A stretch of DNA of 36,354 bases from Nemertoderma westbladi. Its lineage: Eukaryota > Animalia > Xenacoelomorpha. Below, piece by piece: positions 33,501 to 36,354 of this stretch. The DNA lies in the NCBI GenBank assembly GCA_032718475.1, contig JAUCBJ010005578.1:1-36354 (forward strand), in the 5' to 3' direction. The position numbers and the translations under genes are program-made. How positions within the stretch are numbered: the first letter of the stretch is position 1; every line of letters starts with the position of its first letter. The notes under the pieces were generated by a model, which was not told the origin of the DNA, made no database searches, and saw nothing but the letters and a program-made list of their open reading frames with translations.

Positions 33501-34150
33501 CTCTCCCCCTCTCAATCTGGCCTCCCTGGAGACCCAGGGTTTGGGCCAGAAAGGTCACCAGGAAAGGGACTCAAAGAATTGTTGGCTGCTCTCTCTCCGG
33601 TAGGGGGTAGGACAGGCAGACTGTCAGGAGATTACTGACGCCTGTGAGGCCGATTGTGTCCGGTATTTCCACTGGCCTCTAGTGGCCGGACCTCTCCGCA
33701 TTACTAATGTAATCCATAGTAGAGGTTGGGGGGTGCTTTTTTGCCGAGTCAGCTCTCGGGGCAAATACCACACCCTGGTTTGCCATTCCAGAGGTTGGGT
33801 GTCGCAGTGGAGTCAGATGTGAGGCCCATCACCCCATCACTCTGGCGCACATGACCCACCATTGGCTGAGCAGCTCATCTGCTGGGTCATGCCCTGTACC
33901 CTTGCTGACAGGTGCAGGTCGCAATGAAGTGCACTCAGAGTGGACATGAGAACACTCTACTCCTGACCAGCCATTGGTAGATCACCATCTGCCTGGCCAG
34001 GCCATATACAATTGCAACCAAGTATATGGGTCCTTAATCCAAGGGCTCCTTATCCCAGAACGAAGGGGATCCTAGTTACAGGACCAGAATTGCCCTAGTA
34101 AGAGGGTCTATGCAGCTACAGGTGGCACCTCCTTTATGCTGCATGGAGGT
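30508..34150 (-). mobile_element. Decayed RTE-clade LINE (APE-RT single ORF, (TAG)n tail; 5' boundary approximate)
   Basis: VQEH, GGIGLL, CYSPT, GDFNA, QIDQIL, SDHHL; FRGISL, FVDFFKAFDSV, GVLQGDT/LAPFLF, LDFADD, FCYLGS, RLRFAGHC; many frameshifts. Confidence 0.9.
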
Positions 34151-34554
34151 GGCAAGTTTTCCTGATCATTGACCTAGAATACCTGACCTGACCTACTAAG
34201 TAACTATGTAACTATGTAATTATGTCATTGTGTTATTTTATGCAGGGGCATTAATCTTAATAATGACCTAGAGACGTTTACAGTGGGTGAATACTCACAT
34301 GGAAACCTACCTTATCTCAATGACAGAATTTCATCTATAAGTCTTGTTAACAACTTTGATACATTTGTGAGTATGCTATATTAATAAAAAGTATATAGAA
34401 TTGTACATTTTTGTAAAAATAATAAATAAATATATGTTATATAAATAAATAAATATAATTAAATAAAGTAATAGGAACGCATTTCAAACAACCATGTTCA
34501 GCATGATTCAGTATCTTAAATATAGCAAGCAATTAACATAAAAATGTATACGAT

Positions 34555-35174
34555 ATTTCGAGACAGTGTGACTATTATTCATGTATTCAAAGTAATATTC
34601 TACAACAAATAAATAATTGAAATACTGTATAAAAACGCTACGTAACAATAAAAATATAAAGGTATAATCTTCTTGAAGAAAACCTGTGTAGCCATGTAAA
34701 TTTGCCGTTGCTTCGTTAATTGAGTTTTATTCCGTATAGCTCTAAAGTCTGCAGTGTGCACTGACCTTCCTCCTTCCTCCGGTCTTTCTCATTTGGATTT
34801 TGAGGCATTTTCCCTCGTATGGTATCATTTAATACTATCTATCGGTGTTATGTTATATTTTTTTGTATCGGTGTTATGTCATGATTTTTCCTATAACACT
34901 GATAGATAGTTAGAGGATACCTGGGAAAAGACCTCAAAATCCAAATGAGAAAGAGGGGAGGTTACTATCAGTGCACACTGCAGACTTTAGAGCCTACGGA
35001 ATAAACCCAATTAACGAAGCAACGGCAAATTTACATGGCTACACAGGTTTTCTTCAAGAAGATTAAAACTTGATATTTATATTGTTACCCAGTGTTTTTA
35101 TACAGTATTTCCATTATTTATTTGTTTAGAAATTTACTTTGAATACATGAATAAGAATCACACTGGGTCGAAAT
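34555..35174. repeat. ~620-bp foldback (imperfect inverted repeat; MITE-like or hairpin RNA)
   Basis: Arms ~34555-34851 and ~34892-35174, e.g. AATCTTCTTGAAGAAAACCTGTGTAGCCATGTAAATTTGCCGTTGCTTCGTTAATTG and its exact reverse complement; ~40-nt spacer. Confidence 0.9.
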
Positions 35175-36159
35175 TTTTATTTCGTTTTGATTGAAATAAT
35201 GATTGGCTAAGAGCATCTCATACAGAGTACAGGTGCCTTGACACAAATTACCCAAAGAAGCTACTTCTACTACTACTACATCGACCGAGATGGATGCTCA
35301 CTAATTAATGAACTTCCCGGAAATATCTCCTTTCGGCTATATACTCTAAGATTAGGTGTGCTTCCTACAATAAGATATAAGCGATTAGCCTAAAAAACAT
35401 CAGAGTCAAATACAGACACCCAAGAATGGAAGAGAATTGCTTCATGATTATTTTTTGCATGCAAAGTATTTGGACATCATTTGGAAAAATAATATTAGCG
35501 CAAATTGGAAAATTGCTTAAATTGCTTAAACAAAAAAATGGAATTCATCCACTTTGTAATCAAAAACGATTATATACGAGCAAGTAAATTATATTCAAAT
35601 AATTTGCCAAAAATATTGGATGATGCTATTGGTCGATAATTACCTTTATCATCAATGGGGCTGTTTTTATCCTTTTTAATAATAATTAATAGACATGGTG
35701 AGAACTTACATATAATAATAGCTTACTTGGCTAGGAGCTTTTCCACTTTTTTTCAGTATTTTTTATTAATATATTTATTTGTATCACATTTCAGCAATGC
35801 GATCATATTACATTGTACTCAGACTCATACTACCAAGGAGATTCTCATAGTTTCTATGTGTCTACCATCCTACTAGGATATCCCCATATACTTCGAAAGG
35901 CATCGAGTATTAAGGCAAGTTTTAGCTAGTAATGTAACTTTTGACCAACACACATGACCTGTAATGGTATATTAATAATATAGAGCTGCATCATCAGATA
36001 TATAAATGTATGTAAATGTATAAATGTATGAAATTAATAAAAAATATAATAATATTGATTATAATAATATTGATGAATTAATGTAGCGTATATGTATGCA
36101 CGACATGAGATGTAGATTTGATTCAAACGGAAATATACATACATACAACGATATATTCT

Positions 36160-36354
36160 ATATCCCTCTCCTGGTGCATAATATAAATCCCCATTCCGCG
36201 TTTCTTCAGGACGACGGCAATCTCCCCAAGTTCAGTTCCCCCAATTTGTCTCCTCTACTTCGATGGACGGTTCAAAGGACCAGATACGGTCGTGTCTGTC
36301 CTATCTCGATTCTTTTGGTTGCTCGTGGCAACGTTACCTTTAGTAATCCTCTAA
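36160..36354 (-). mobile_element. Diverged fragment of an element-B-related gag, probably continuing past the window
   Basis: Shares CGACGGCAATCTCCC, CTCTACT and GCTCGT(A/G)GCAACG in the same order as 17600-17750. Confidence 0.55.

Noticed and set aside
35655-35876. Short hydrophobic ORF
   Set aside because: AT-rich chance ORF with no recognisable motif or splice support.

Overview
Eukaryotic (probably invertebrate) repeat-dense DNA made almost entirely of nested retroelements. Left to right: (1) the 3' part of a young BEL/Pao LTR retrotransposon, A1 (+, 1-11892). Its pol is interrupted by a ~1.2 kb LTR-like insert. After integrase, where env would sit, it carries a ~3.7 kb accessory gene encoding a WRN/EXD-like DEDDy 3'-5' exonuclease, three CCHC zinc knuckles and an RS/RG tail. 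(2) A degenerate BEL/Pao element B (-, 11893-20574) that A1 inserted into. (3) A CR1/L2-group LINE (-, 20575-~23725) that B inserted into. (4) An older decayed A-family copy, A2 (+, ~23729-28198). (5) A host-like exon encoding a beta/gamma-crystallin Greek key. (6) A decayed RTE LINE (-). (7) A ~620 bp foldback. (8) A fragment of a B-related element. The most notable system is family A. Its accessory exonuclease/zinc-knuckle gene shows purifying selection. A 20-nt hairpin (GGAAGGCY-YGYG-RGCCTACC) recurs six times across coding and non-coding parts, with a compensatory base pair. Its long LTR contains a tRNA-like Pol III promoter. All calls come from reading motifs by eye; no searches were run.
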